This document shows, piece by piece, positions 1 to 14,165 of a stretch of DNA of 64,000 bases. The DNA comes from Marsupella aquatica (Eukaryota; Plantae; Marchantiophyta). The stretch lies in the NCBI GenBank assembly GCA_973895155.1, contig OZ316891.1, positions 18,347,987 to 18,411,986 on the forward strand, in the 5' to 3' direction. A program made the position numbers and the translations under genes. How positions within the stretch are numbered: the stretch's first letter is position 1; every line of letters begins with the position of its first letter. The notes below the pieces were generated by a model that was not told the DNA's origin, searched no databases, and saw nothing but the letters and a program-made list of their open reading frames with translations.

Positions 1-2350
1 ATCCCTTTTAATGCTATTAATCTTGGCTATCCTAAAACTCTCTTTCACACTAATTTTAGATCTCAATATTGTGCATCCAATCCCTTGAGCAAATTTTAAG
101 GGGCTTCTACCGCTTGAGAGAATTTCTATCAGTCTCTTCTATGAGACAGAAAGAAGTGATTGTAAACAATGTGGATACCTCGTGTTTTAGTTTTTTCTCC
201 TCGTGGTCTTGTTTCCTAAGTTCATATTTTTTTATGGATTAATTTGAGTGTCATTACAGCTGCCTCTGTTGTTACCTAAGGCAAGTAAAGATTTGTGTTC
301 TTGTACCACAAAGCTGTACTTCTTTGGGTTATTATTGTGATATATGTTTTCTTTGCATATGTTGTATTTAAATTCTTGTAATTTATTCCACTCAGTCTTA
401 ACAAATATTATGCAATCGTCAAAAAGAAATTACATCACCTACAAATCACAACGAGCCAAATAAAATAAATCATGCTCATCGTCTGGGGAAGGCCATTGTT
501 TCTTCCTTATATGTTTTTGCAAAAACCATTTGGTGCATCTCAAGATCAAAATAATGCCTGAGAAAGACCTCAACGTTGAAGACATTTCTTGCAATAGCTG
601 AAGAGGTCTTCCTTGGCCCCAGCTGTTTTCACAGCAGGTGCTTTCCAAAGTGATAGAGATCTGAACCTAGTGGGATGTTGATTATATTCTCATCCGTCAA
701 TGTTTTGCACAAAAGTTGGCGTGTTTTTTACATTTACACTGGTGCAATGCTTGCAAAAGTGTTGTCAAGCAAAAGTATTTTGCTTGCAAAAAATGTTGTC
801 ATTGCAGCAGGCAAGCTTCTTGTTAAAGTGCGAGTTAATTGGAGGTGGGCAAGTACAGGGTGTGGGGCAGATGGACGTGCAAGATTGCAAGGGTGCTTAG
901 GGAATGCAAGAGCCGGGGCAAACAAATGTCAGAATGGGAGGGAGAGACCCAACTAAATAATTATATACTAGTACCCAATCCCCTCTTTCTCACGGATTAT
1001 TTCTGAACCGTCATTCTAGTGGGGAGTTTCCTTGCCCAATTTTCTTAACTTTCAAATGTACCTAAATATATCTGGGCTCAACCCATCACTCTCCCCAAAA
1101 CTCCACACTCATTGAAATACAGTTCTTAGACTGACTCATTGACTCACAAACTCGACTCACAAACTCCCTGCCATGTGGACTGTGTGGTCATCTCACTTAT
1201 GCTCAACGACACTTCCAATCAACATCAATTACTAACAACAATAATGTGGAACACACAGGCATTGGGCTACTCGTGAATAGGGGCTGGGGGGTGCAGAGAA
1301 AAAGGACAAGGAGGGGGGCAGGTCATGCCATGCTCCTGTTTGGTATAGCAAAACAGCCGGAGGAAGATCAATCACGCATGCAACACAATTCAATTATTGT
1401 GTGGACAGATAAAAGACTGTCGACATCAGCATCAGGTAGTGTCCCATAACTTCGAGTACTTTAAAGACAGTATGGGCGATGAAACTGTTCATGACCCCCA
1501 CAGCAAACACACAATTCACTTTTCCAACTCTGATTGGTACGCCATGCTGCCAAAAACCAAGACGAGTTCCGCCAAATTACACACCACTTGACCCGGAGGC
1601 TAGTGGAAATCCAGAGACACGGTCTCCAAGCTACTAAACCGTTCTTAAGTCGAGTCCAGATAGCCCACAGAACAATCAGGGAAACTGAGAAGCATCATTT
1701 TGATGCTCCACTTTGACAAACGTGTCGTTTGAAACAAGAATTTTTCCCATTGATGATATAAATTCTAACAAGAATAACTGGTACCACTACATGCAATACA
1801 AGAAGAATGATATCTAGCTAGATTCGCCAAAACAGTGCATAAGCACCCCTCCAGCTTCTACTGTACTGGGTTGAAGAGAACTGGTCCTACATTCGTCACA
1901 ATTACCTATGCCAACATCACAAACAACATTGGCATAGTTTGATCAATTTAGCAGCAGCTAACACTGCATTCCCTAATCGTCGTATATTGTGTGCTTCCAT
2001 TGAGATCAGTCTCTCAAACCCTACAAAGAAGCCCCAATTGCAAGATACGCAACCATTATCTCAAATAATCCCCTCAAACTAATTTCGAGCAGTCTAAAAT
2101 CAATAAGTCATATCCCCTCATTTGCCAGCCAGTCAAGCCCTGGAATAACAGCGTTTGTCACGAGTGGATTGTTAGGAGAAAGCACGTGTAAGAAATTGTT
2201 AAAGCGAGACAACTAATTCAGCTGGATGCTTTATGGCATTTACAGAGCAAGAGCAAGAAAGAAAATACTTTCAATTCCACTGGTCAACTAATTAAGAGGA
2301 GCTTCAAAAATCAACCTACAACCAGCCATGCAATATGTCAACTAGTACAG

Positions 2351-4864
2351 TTATACCAACCTGCTGCTTGCTGGCTTAGGCTTGCTTAAATTAGAAAGCT
2401 CCTCGATCAACTTTCTCTCTTCACCACTGAGTCGCTTTGGAATTTCAACCTGGACACGTACTAACTGGTCACCCCGCAAGTTGGATTTACCTAACAGCGG
2501 TACTCCCCTTTTGGCCATCACCAGTGTAGTTCCAGGTTGTGTTCCTGCTGGGATCTTCAGATCAACTGTGCCATCAACAGTTGGAACTTTAACCGTTGTC
2601 CCAAGAATAGCGTCAATGTATGACACCTTACAGGATATCAAAATGTTGTTGCCATCCCTTTTAAGTTCTGGATCCGAGCGTACATTGATGAAAACATACA
2701 GATCACCGGGGGGTCCACCACGTCGACCAGCATTTCCCTCAGACCGGACCCGAAGCCGGCTTCCAGAATCTACACCGGCTGGAACCTTGATACTGATTCT
2801 TTTTGACCTCCTTACACGGCCATCACCATTGCAAGATGTACAAGGGGTTGAAATTTCGCCAGACCCACCACATGCTGGGCAAGTTGCCACTTGCCTAAAA
2901 TCTCCCAGAGGAGTTTGGGCGGTTGAAACCACTTGACCTTGACCTCCACATGTACTACAAGTAGATGGTGTTGTCCCCGGCCGTGCTCCAGATCCACTGC
3001 ACGTATTACATGTCTCCAAGCGAGTGACCTCAATGTCCTTGTCTGTGCCGAAGACTGCATCCTTAAATTCGAGTAATAGATCATATCTTTCATCATCACC
3101 TTGCATAGGACGACTCCGGGCCTGTCTTGAACCGCCCATACCGCCCATGCCCCCCATACTACCGAAAAATGTTTCGAACAAGTCAAAAGGATTGTTGAAA
3201 TCCTGCCCAAATAAGGAACGCGCAGTTTAGGTTTAAAATACTACCATGTTTCGTCCGCGGAACAGCTCAAAACATGAAAATCGGACAAATCCACAAAGAC
3301 TTAAGAGTGCTAGGAAGAAAAACATTTGGCCACAGCCATAAAGGTTACAGCCATAAAGCCATATTTGAGTCCTTACCCCGGGTCCTCCTTGACCAGCACC
3401 CTTAAGCCCAGCCTCACCAAACCTGTCATATAATGAACGCTTTTCATCATCGGACAAGACCTGCATCACAAAGTTTGCGTCAACAGTCCGAATGGAAGGT
3501 CGACTGTCACCAACAGCAATTGGATCCAAGACACAACGGACTCTACTTTGACCGCACAAAGTTACAGTTCCGTCCCAGTGATCAGAAGAATAAAATCCAC
3601 CACAGTAATTACTAATCAATACTCAAATGTAGATCATGAAATATATCCCATATTTCCTGAAGTAATTGTGCTCTGAGTCCATATTGCAGTCCTAGCCCAA
3701 CCAGAGAACAATGGCTTTCTCTAGTATATGCCTGACACACTAAGCATTTGGTGTTACAATACTTCGAGAAAAAATTGTACCTCGTAGGCATTGCTAATGT
3801 CCTTGAACTTCTGCTCTGCTCCAGCTTCTCTGGATTCCAAATGTAAACAAAGAAAATCAAATTTACAATAAAGCAATCGAACTGACTGGTTTGATTGAAA
3901 GAAACACTCAGAGACTCGGATAACCGTGATTTTTTAACAATTGAAAGCGACGCGTAATACTAGATTGACAATGATTACTACGTCGGTCCATGCAAATGGC
4001 ACTGTACAAGCCAGAAGCAGTGACGTCCGACTCCATTGACAGCTAAGGAACCATGTAAGGCAAAATCCACGGCAGAGATATCTTACTTATTGACATCTGG
4101 ATGATATTGTCGTGCAAGTCTCCGGTAAGCTGATACAGGAAAATTAAAGCGAATTTTATTCCACACTTTCTACCAACTTTGAAATATAATCAAAGCAGTC
4201 ACACTTGCTGCACATTGACCTACCAAATTGAGTCCTCATCTGCCATTTAAAATAATTCTTTCGACAAACGATGTAGAGTAAGAGGAGAACAAAGAACACA
4301 TCATTCCAGGCAAAGCATAACCCATATAACAGTTCAATCTGTACGATAGCAGCGCCAGCGCGGAAAATGTTTCTTACAGCTCTTTATTTCTGCTTTATCA
4401 GCACCCTTCGACACTCCAAGAACAGAGTAGTAATCCTACAAAAGAAGCAAGCTTCCGTTCAGTACTAGGGTAGAATTGGCTTCCTGCAGTGTATAATCAT
4501 ATTCCCTCACAACCCTCATACACAGTTATCAGGGCAGCAATATTCACTACTGCAAAATAAATGCTTTTCCTTAGTTTCCATCACCATGACAAGCTTGCCT
4601 GAGTGACATGGAAAGGTATGCAGTTGCTTGTGCCCAATGATAATCCTAACTGAACCATTGAAGAAGAAAAAGATCAGAGTTACTCACAGCATCGGCCTTA
4701 ACAATTAGCTGAGAATTTCGTCGACCTTGATGCTTTTTGAATGAACGTGAACTGATAAGATAGGTCAAACTTCCGCCCATGAAAGTCGAGCCACTAAGCA
4801 TACTGTGTCGTATCCTGTTTCCAGCCCAGATCCCAACAAGTGCCGCTCGGTCAGTACCCCTCAC
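2351..4864 (-). CDS. Class A DnaJ/Hsp40 co-chaperone, probably plastid-targeted (DJA5/DJA6-like). Exons: ?-4688, 4435-4378, 4129-4087, 3829-3781, 3460-3377, 3202-2351; true start and first exon unresolved
   Basis: GT-AG splicing gives [71 protein letters not shown] (J domain, HPD motif), a G/F region, four CxxCxGxG motifs and a DnaJ C-terminal domain. The Ser/Arg-rich segment before the J domain looks like a transit peptide. Confidence 0.93.
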
Positions 4865-5972
4865 AGTCCATATGTAACCAAAGAGTGCATTTTCTTCGGG
4901 TCTTAATCACGTACACTACACTGGAACAGACCATAACTCAAGGTCGGTGCAGCTCCCATAAATTTGCGAACTTGCGATGGCGGACTCAATTTTCTCCCAA
5001 CGTCAGTGACGGCCCACTTCCGCACGAGAAAAAACTTGTTCACAGGAGTTACAGCCTGATAGCCGAATTGCTCTGACAGCCAAATCTAGTCCCGGTGAGC
5101 TCAGGTGAGTCTTCAAGGAGAGTTCCTCGTGTCAAAATTGTCTCAGAAATGGATTCCTAGAACAGCGCAGATACAGTAGCGAATGGCCGTGGAGAGCAGT
5201 CGTGCACCGGATAATTCATGGTACATTCCAATGAAAAACTACGAAGCTTGGACAGCACATGGAGAATTAAAAAGTGAAGTGAACAAAAATTTCAACTTTC
5301 CTGTCTAAAGAACCGAACTGACGACTCCTTGTACAATAGTACGAAGACGACTGAAAGAGCCGCATCACAAATAGACTCCCCATTTCATCTGCCTAGGCAC
5401 CAAGCAAGGCTATCCGACAACACAGACTTAAATTACGTGGATACTAATTATCAAACTCTCCGAGTAAAGAGCAGGAAACCGAGAGAACAACTTCTAAAAC
5501 CCTACCAGGCCCGGAGCTACCATAGCAGAGAGAAAAGAGGTATGAATTTGACCTAAAACTTTTGAACAATCTATGGCCACTCACGGGACCTCGAATGGCA
5601 TGGGTTTAAGCTGACCAAGGACATAAACACCACAACCGGGAATGTCACACTCTACCACATCAACACCAGTTCTACTAAGACCCACCCTTTAGCTCCAGCA
5701 CTTAGAAATAGACGGGCCACACCGAGTATGGCCGATCAGGGTTTATACAAAACAAGGCCAACAAATCTACAAGTCGATCCCATGAATGAACCCCAAACCC
5801 CTCTCCACGTCGCCGACAGATAATATTTCTCCATTAAAGCCTTTTTTCACTAAACCCTGATTGCGAAGCTTCGGAGCAAGTAGACATTTCTCCTCCTAGT
5901 CCACAAAACGATTTCTCCCTTTATCAACAAATATCCCGAATCCTTTCTCGCTTACAACCATAGTAACCCTGA

Positions 5973-5975
<3 letters not shown>

Positions 5976-6025
<50 letters not shown>

Positions 6026-6052
6026 ACAAAGAGGTCTCTCTCTCTCACAAAG

Positions 6053-6110
<58 letters not shown>

Positions 6111-6118
6111 ACAAAGAG
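5976..6118. repeat. Compound (CT)n microsatellite interrupted by repeated cacaaagagg
   Basis: CT tracts at 5976-6019 and ~6056-6104; ccaaccacaaagagg occurs twice plus one partial copy. Confidence 0.95.
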
Positions 6119-6824
6119 GCACGAAAAGGTGAGGGGGGAACGGGATGAGGGACAGCCATGAGCACAAGTAGAGACAAGACCTGGCCTGGGCAGGAGAGGC
6201 GGGTGCAACGAGGCAGCGACATGCGACCGGCAGCGTCCTCTGCTGCAGTCCCTTCGTCGTTGCTCCTAAGCTTGTCTCAGACGAGAAGAGGCAGGTTTTC
6301 TGCATCACCGCTATGGGCATGGCCGCGGCTCCCATACCGGAGGAAGCTGTCGCCATCATTCCAGCTCCTGCTGCGTACAGAGCAATTCCTTCTCCAAACC
6401 CAATTCCTGTAGGAGACGAAAACAGCAATCCGAATCAACCAGGCACACAGGGATCTTCGCTCTCTCCTGAGGATCAAAAACCCCACTCACCGAGCCACTC
6501 ACTCTTCTTCAACCGTGTCTTTTCACCCACCAATTCAACAACCTCTGCCGGGCTCAGATTTTGTGCACATTCAAACAAGTCCAATCTTTCTCTCTCTCTC
6601 TCTTCACACCATCATCTCCTCCCAATCCCTTCCGTTCCTTGGCTACTGAAGGCAGTGGCCTGGGCCTCACACTGATGAGCGAAAGGTGGGGACTACTGCC
6701 TCAAGAGCAAGGGAAGGATTCTTCTGTTGCACGCAGCACACGCCCACCATAGCCCACCACGGAGCCCACCAGAGTACAAGTCTACAGTGCTTTAATGCCC
6801 TTCGTGAGAGTGCTCTTTGTACTC

Positions 6825-7360
6825 CTTAGAGGATTCTTGGAGAAGAACGCACGGTCCAGATTTGGATTCGTGATTTTTTTAATTTTTAGTGGATTCATGG
6901 AGAAGAATGAACGGTCCAAAATTGGATTCGTGATTCTTCTCTCTCTATTTTTTAATGGATTCATGGAGACTGAATGGTCGGTTCAGATTTGGATTAGTGC
7001 CCTCCGTGATTTTCCTCGTGGTATTTTTTAGTGGATTTATGAAGATGAATGAACGGTTTAGATTTGGATTCCAGAGTTTTTTCTTTGTAGTTTCCAGTGA
7101 TTCATGAAGAAGAATGAAGAAGAATGCAGGGTCCTTATTTTAATAATCTTCTTTGTGATTTTCCTCTTTGTATTTTTTACCGGATTCATGAAGATGAATG
7201 AATGGTTTAGATTTGGATTACAAATTATTTTTCTTTGTATTTTTCAGTGGATTCATGGAGAAGTATGCATGGCTCTGATTTGGATTGATGCCCTTAGTGA
7301 TTTTTCACTTTGTATTTTGTGGTGGATTTGTGGAAAAGATGCAGGGTGTAGATTTGGATG
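6825..7360. repeat. Degenerate tandem repeat of ~60-75 bp units
   Basis: Recurring core gtggattcatggagaagaatgaacggt(c/t)..gatttggatt near 6830, 6888, 6956, 7031, 7181, 7247 and 7322. Confidence 0.75.
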
Positions 7361-7825
7361 AGTGTATTATGAATTCTGCTTACTTTTACTAACACGTACA
7401 AATGACCACCCTCTTAGGCAATTAAGTGTATTAGTGTCCTGTTGTCGGAGCATTATGGACAATAATAACCCCTCCAAACTAGAGCAGGAGCTCTCATATG
7501 GGGATGGGGGGGGGGGCATTATGGTCCACAATGCCCTGTAAACAGGACATTACTGTTACATTCTTAATGCCCTTGGTTAGTGATTTTTTCTCTTGCTAAT
7601 TTCAGTGGTTTAATGGAGAAGATTTGGATCGGCAATTATCAAACTTATCACCTACTGCTGTTATTAAAAATTGAAAATCCCTTGGGTCTTTAAATCTATT
7701 GACTTCTAGTTACATGGGCATTGTGGGCAATAACAACCCCTCTTAACTCAAAATAAAGTCCTCATTTTTGGGTACTATGGTCCATAGTACCCTGTTACCT
7801 AGACCATACTGTATACATAGGTGCA

Positions 7826-8170
7826 TGTTAGATATTTCTCTAGTCTTGTGACTCTTGTGCTAACCACAGTTAGGCTAACTTGGGTTAGGACCTAGCTAAG
7901 GTTAGCGGTAGTGCTGTTGTGCATATAGCCAGGGCTGATGCCAGACCCTGGTGGAACGTAGGCTCATTGTTACGGAGCTAGTTGAGAGATAGGAAGAGCT
8001 TGTGCTGTGGATGCTTGGTATGGCCGGTCGACCTAGAGTGCAGTAAAGCTCTTGTGTGTTCCTGTGGACGTAGCCTCATGTGGAGGTGAACCACGGTTTC
8101 TCTCTGTGTCGACTATTGTGCGTTGGATGGTTTATGGGCTTGCCGTTGCGAATGTCGTCTATGCTCAACA
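7826..8170. mobile_element. Solo LTR (345 bp)
   Basis: Starts TGTT, ends AACA, and is flanked by a perfect 5-bp target-site duplication GTGCA (7821-7825 and 8171-8175). Confidence 0.8.
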
Positions 8171-9803
8171 GTGCAGTGTGTATAAGTTCATTCCGTGGTT
8201 AAGTACAGGCATGTAGTCCCATAATAATACAACAATTTCCTTTGTAAATGCACCAAAATATGCACTTTGGGCAAGTGCAGGTAAACCCTCACTCAACCAC
8301 AAATACTGGCACTAATCAACATGTACACAAGTGTATTTCCATCTATGAGTGCATTTACCAGATACTCCAATGCATATTAAACAGGCATTTACTGATAAGT
8401 GTAGTGGACAATCTCATAAAGTAGTTTCATGCACTTATCCAATTGAATCATGCAATATGAGGGCTCAGGTGATGAGGAGTCCAATGTAGGTGACCTGAAA
8501 ACTCATATATGAATTGCATAAGTGATTTCCCATGCAATGGATAGGTGCAGGCTTGGGGTCTTGCCTAGACCCTGCATTAGACATGGTAGACTGTACAATC
8601 ATTCAACTCTTTTAACTGCACGTCTCCCAGGAAGAAGCCTCTGCTGTGCACTTAATGAGTTCACTCTCATAAGTGCAAATACTTGGAATTTCCATTTATC
8701 AATACGAACTACAGTGACTCAATGAACAACGGGCCCTCTGTCAACTGACTCTCTCGTACCTTGCTTCCTAAAATGTACATCCCAGCTCTAAACATGATCC
8801 CTATCTCATAAGTGCAAATTTTACTCTCTGTTAAAATGACCTGCCCTTATTGACAAGTGCAAGTGTAAGAGATTGTGCATTTACTATCAAGTGTGTAGGA
8901 ACCATTGTAGAGGGTTGCCACTTAGATGATGATAATGATTATTATTATTTTCACTATTATTTTCAAATTTTTTAAAAGGGAAACCTCACAAAAACTGAAC
9001 AATCAATCACTACATTTGAACCCCAAGACCTATCAATCTCCACTCCAGTGAGCTATCATATAGCCATGTCCCTCTAGGCATTGTTATTGTCAATGCCTAG
9101 AGAAATTTGTGAAACCACACAAAAAGGGAACAGTAACATTATTGGAACCCAAGATTTATGAGTCACTGCTCAAGTGAGTTACCACACAGTCATGCCTCTA
9201 TGGGCTATACTGATATTATTGAGGTTCAGCGCACTTGGAAAAGTGCATAAGATGCAAAATTACCAGGAAAAAGGGAAGAAGTGGATCCCTTTTCAATTAT
9301 CCAGATGTTGCACTTAGGAAGTGTGCACTCATGAAGAGGTCAACTCTTTCAAAGTGCACACTACTAGGAAGAAGCCAGAGCCTTGCACTTACATGTGTTT
9401 TGGACTACATAATAAGTGCACATTTTCAGACCGTACTTACAAATAAAGTTACATAATCTGATTCTGCTGCTGTAGTACCTCAACCTTCAGTCATTCATAG
9501 TCCTTCTGTCACTTGTTGATTCTATCTCTTTCCTAAAGCATCCATTGCATTGTACATCCCTATTGTAAGCTCCTGTCAGCTATCTGATAATTGCAACAAC
9601 CAAAATTGTGGAAGGGCAAAACTTGCTCAACCTCTCTTGCCCTCTCACATTTCCATTCGACTTGGAGTAACAAGTGATAAAGCAAGTCATGGCATGTGAG
9701 CATGGACTATCCTCCCCCTACACAATAGGGCATGTCAAAGTTCTCCCATAACCAAAGTGTTATAACTTTATTTTTTTGAACGTATCACCCTTACGGGGTA
9801 CAT

Positions 9804-9958
9804 ATTTTGATAGCCCATAATGATTTTTTCCTGGCTATAACAACATTTTATGTCCTGAGCCCTTGCTGAGTTACAGCTGTGCTTTGAGAGTACGGATTTT
9901 GATAGCCCATAATTTATTTTTCTTGGCTATAATAACATTTTATGTCCTGGGCAGTTGC
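9804..9958. repeat. Local direct duplication (~55 bp core, two copies)
   Basis: ttttgatagcccataat..ttttc.tggctataa.aacattttatgtcctg at ~9805 and ~9897. Confidence 0.8.
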
Positions 9959-9974
9959 TGGAACAGTTCCAGCT

Positions 9975-10208
9975 GTGCTTTGACACACTCTAATGTACTC
10001 TACCCTCTAAAGGTATGAATATAAGGTACAGTGCTTTGACACACTCTAATGTACTCTACCCTCTAAAGGTATGAATATAAGGTACAGTGCTGAGTTACAC
10101 TCTCTAATGTCCTCTACCCTCTGAAAGTATGGATATAAGGTACACTGCTGAGTTGCTTTGACACGCTCTAATGTCCTCTACCCGCTAAAGGTATGAATTA
10201 TAAGGTAC
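9975..10208. repeat. Minisatellite, 56-bp unit, 4 copies
   Basis: gtgctttgacacactctaatgtactctaccctctaaaggtatgaatataaggtaca is exact at 9975 and 10031 and degenerate at 10087 and 10145. Confidence 0.92.
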
Positions 10209-11234
10209 GCCCTCTGAGTCTCAATTCAGGTCAACCGCAATGAAAGGCCCTCACCGCCCAACTTTGAGGCGACGACCCTTCTCTAGGCTGCCCCTGCCCC
10301 CTCCACTGCTCCCGCCCACGCCCTACCATTTGGAGCCCTGCCCTCCTATACCATTTGGAGGACCATAGCTTCAAAGCTTGTTGGCTCCCAATAGGATCCC
10401 AATTCTGACCGAAAATATGCCTCAATGCTCACAAGCCACAACCTTAAAAGCCTGCTAGTGTATCGTATCTGATTATCCTCGTTGTACCCAGGATCACCTA
10501 ATACATTGGTAAGGTTTGAACTTTAGAGAGTGATATCCATGGCTGGGACCACAATTTCAAGAAGCCTAACAATGGGCTCGGACAATTCGTTCCTCACCTC
10601 CGATCAAAATGCATTCATCGGACATCACCACACAAACTGCAATGACTAAAGAGGCACGTCTCAGATTTTAACAATCACTCCAAAAGTAGACTGTCGTGTA
10701 ACCAAATCCTTCGGTTCACATTGTACTCTCATGGATGCTTCACTTCCTGTCCGACACGGAAAGGTCAAATCGAGGAGTCTTGATTTTGTTTCCACAGGAA
10801 AACCTTGCAGCTCTTCGCGTTCTCATTAAATAGAACTCAATTACAGGGTTGCCAGAAAATTAAAAAAAGTCGCACGTTTCCAGTAAACTAACTCATACTT
10901 CCATTGGTACACGAGAAACAGCCTGGGCAATTGCATTCTCATATGAACATAAAGTCCTTTTGCTACCCAGGCACGAGTGTATGAATAACATGCCAAGGGT
11001 GATCAATTTCCTACGACCTTCTTGCAACGGAACTTGAACGAAATCATCTGCATCTATAAACCTCGTTCTGGGAGCCACCTGGAAGCTCTTCAAGCAGTAT
11101 TCTGGTCACACAAGGTCCATTTGGAAATAATACAGTAGCTCACTGCCTCCGGAAGAGCTCGCACAAGCAAAAGTCTGATCCTATGAGTTTTGCATGCCAC
11201 TTAGCCATAATAAACCAGTTCCACATTGTACAAC

Positions 11235-13927
11235 TCAATGTGCTCGGGTCATTTTGACCTTGGGCATATTTTTCTTCATTTGCCGGGCACGATCTTTCTC
11301 CTCTCTTTTGCGCAATGCTTCTGGCGAGAGTTTACTTAATTCAGCCTCTTCTAGAGCTTTGCGTCTCTCCTCTTTCTTCCTCAATAAGGCTTCCTGGCGA
11401 GCGCTCTGGTTTTCTTTGAAAACCTCTTTGGCAATCTTGGCTCTAGCATTGTCGGCTTTAGACTTGGTCTGCACAGAAACGATGCCGCGAATCAGCGTTT
11501 AGAGACCAAAGCATTCTCAGGCAGATGCTGTCCTCTCGCAGGAGGGTTCAGCGTCTCAAATGAGTTCGGGATAATTATGTATACAAAGCACGAACAGTTG
11601 CCTCATTTTATAATTCGTCAATAGACTGGCAAATCTATATCGTTACATTGCCATGGCCCACTCAAAACTTCATTGGCGTCCTGGTGATAAAATCTTGAAG
11701 ACCCAAGAAGGAAGGATCAAAAAGAATGCTAGTAGAGGTTTTTCTCTTACAGAGATTAACAACCTCCCTACCCCAAAACTATTTAACAAGTTCGGAACAA
11801 CAATGAAGGACAAATAATTCACATCTTACCTGTGGGCTGAGCCTGTATCGTCCAACCGCATCAATAAAATATGTTACAACAGATATCAAGCGGGACATTT
11901 CCGCAATACGTTCACTTGGTGGAATAGTAAACTTGAACTGAAGAATCTTCTTGTGAGAACCGTATGGGTTTTGATCTGAGAAATGAAGGGCAACAAAATT
12001 GGAGGCATACTTTTCGAATGCCTTTTCTCCAAATACCTGTCAGCGAAAACAGCTCTTTGTCAGTCATCAAACTTCGGACAACGTGTGAAGATTGAATAGA
12101 AGTTTGGACAGTCTATTCGCTTCAACTAGATAAACCCTAATTAAGAGAACGGGAGGAGTACAGAACTGGTCCCGGAAATGGTGAATGTCTAGGGTCTGCA
12201 AGGCAGCTACGCGATTCACTTCAGGATTAAAAGACAGCTCACAGTTTTACAAAGTCCGGCTTTCAGATAACTCCGAGAAACTGAGATCATGAACTGAACC
12301 GGAGTGGTTCACTAACTAAACCAATTAGATGACCTGCAGTATGTCAGATTGCGCTAGAGAATGGTTCAAGTAAAAGGTACAAACTAATTCCTCAGTAGAG
12401 AAGACTTCTACTTGATAGGAGACCACCATTACAATTGGACCACGACAACCACATTTCTTCATCTACCGGCCAACTCCACTACGCCATTCACAGTGCCAAA
12501 GACAGCCAGCTAGCAGTTGGAATATATGGCTACTTTTCAAATCGCTTAAGTAATTATGTTCCCAACCATGGAGTAGTCTGGAAATGGTACTACATGGAGA
12601 GGACGAAGCGCAGCTCAAAACTCAATGCCGATCTGTGGCATAGAAGGCTACATGGCTAGACCAATGATGTACAACTGAATTCCACTTGCATGTAACCTTT
12701 GAAGATACCTAGCTCAGCACAAATTCTCGGAGACTAAACACAGATCGTGCCCTAAAATGGATATCAACATACCTGATCCAGTAAAGCGTCAGTCAAGAGA
12801 TCGTTGGCAAGCTCCCTAGACTCACTGATGACCACCAGGTCATCAGTCACCCATTTCCTCTGCGAAGGGGGCGATAGGATGGAGGCGAATTGGTTCAGGT
12901 CCTTGATATCCTTTTGCAAGGCCTTCGCAGCCTTTTTCCGAGCCAATGCAAACACGAAGGGTTCCATGTGCTCGTCATTCATGAAAACATCGATGGTAAT
13001 CTCATCCTTCCTTGGCGAAATTAGATACCACAGTCGTGCAATGAGATCGTGCCGGCTCTGCAAATCCAACGTGGCCAGAAGTCCCTCACAGTACCGCCGC
13101 CCACTGGCGGCGAATTTGAACACGTTCTGCCCCTCCTTCATCAGCAAAGGCGAATCCACCCCATCCCCCGTCCCCAAGAGACTGAAGTTCTTCTCCATGA
13201 CGCTATCTTTGCCGGCGTACTGAGCAGCCCACGAGAGCGCAATCTTCTCATTTTCCTTCCTCCCGTAGTAATACACCACACCGTACGCGATGATGAAGGC
13301 GACCGAGACCACTTCGATGTAGTACGATTGAGGCCCTCTCGGCTTTGGTGGGGGTCTCCGAGCTGCTGCTGCTGCAGGGGAAGGCTTCTCCTTGCCTGTG
13401 ATCACCATGTGTTCATTATCATTCACGTTCTCCACAGGCAGCCCTTCAAACTCATCCTCGTCCCAAATCTCTAGCCTCACTTTCGGCTCCGCCGCTCTCT
13501 TCACCTTCGCCTGAATTATGGGTAGCGGCTCTTCCACCACCTCGTCGTGCTCCACTTCATCATCTTGTTCTTCCCATTTTTGTTGCTTAAGCTTCTCATT
13601 TTGATCTGAAGGAGGAGGAGAGGAAGATTGAGATGTGGCCGGCGGCCCGCGGTCATTTTGGAAGCCGCGCTTCTGCTGGAAGGGTGGGGGGACGACGAAG
13701 GGGGAATCCGACTCGTCCTCGACCTCGTCGTCCAGCTCGTCGCCGAAACCCTCGAATTCCGCAGCGACGACGAAAGCAGAGGACTTCGCTATCTCCTGCC
13801 CTAGCAACGCCACTGCTGCCACCACGGCAAGCCACCACCACAAGCGATCGAACCGAAGGAGGCTCAGCACCAGCCTCTCCAATTCGCCAGCTGCTCCCCT
13901 CGTCCCACTCCGTCTCGTCCCCATCAT
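11235..13927 (-). CDS. CCDC47/DUF1682 family ER membrane protein (At5g49945-like), 531 aa. Exons 13927-12773, 12036-11830, 11468-11235
   Basis: Signal-like N-terminus, acidic lumenal region, one TM segment (YYIEVVSVAFIIAYGVVYYYG), conserved FKFAASGRRYCEGLLATLDLQSRHDL and a K/E/R coiled-coil C-terminus; exons splice in frame. Confidence 0.9.
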
Positions 13928-14165
13928 GATCTCCTCCTGTTATCCACCTACCCTATACTGCCGGCCTGCGCCTAATTGACAGCCAAAAAATTACGCACCT
14001 ATTGTCCCTCGAATGTGTTTCTAATCCTATTCTGCTATTCCCGCAGTTGCCTGCTCTGCCAACGACCACAAGCTCAAAATTAGACGTGCTGATAGAAGCC
14101 TGCGGCGAAAGGACATCTTTCCTCCAGTGCATTCCCCTTCTTTTCGGCCCTCAGTGACAGGCTGA

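Noticed and set aside
1-1750. Short ORFs at the window start
   Set aside because: No domain signal; probably repeat-derived or DnaJ 3' flank.
4865-5900. Candidate first exons and ATGs for DnaJ
   Set aside because: The ATGs tested hit stops, gave mismatched splice phase or relied on weak splice sites; left unresolved.
5896-6428. ORFs encoding poly-ER (also 54379-55011)
   Set aside because: These are translations of (GA)n microsatellites.
9975-10208. CRISPR-like array
   Set aside because: Units are contiguous with no unique spacers, there are no cas genes, and the context is eukaryotic; it is a minisatellite.
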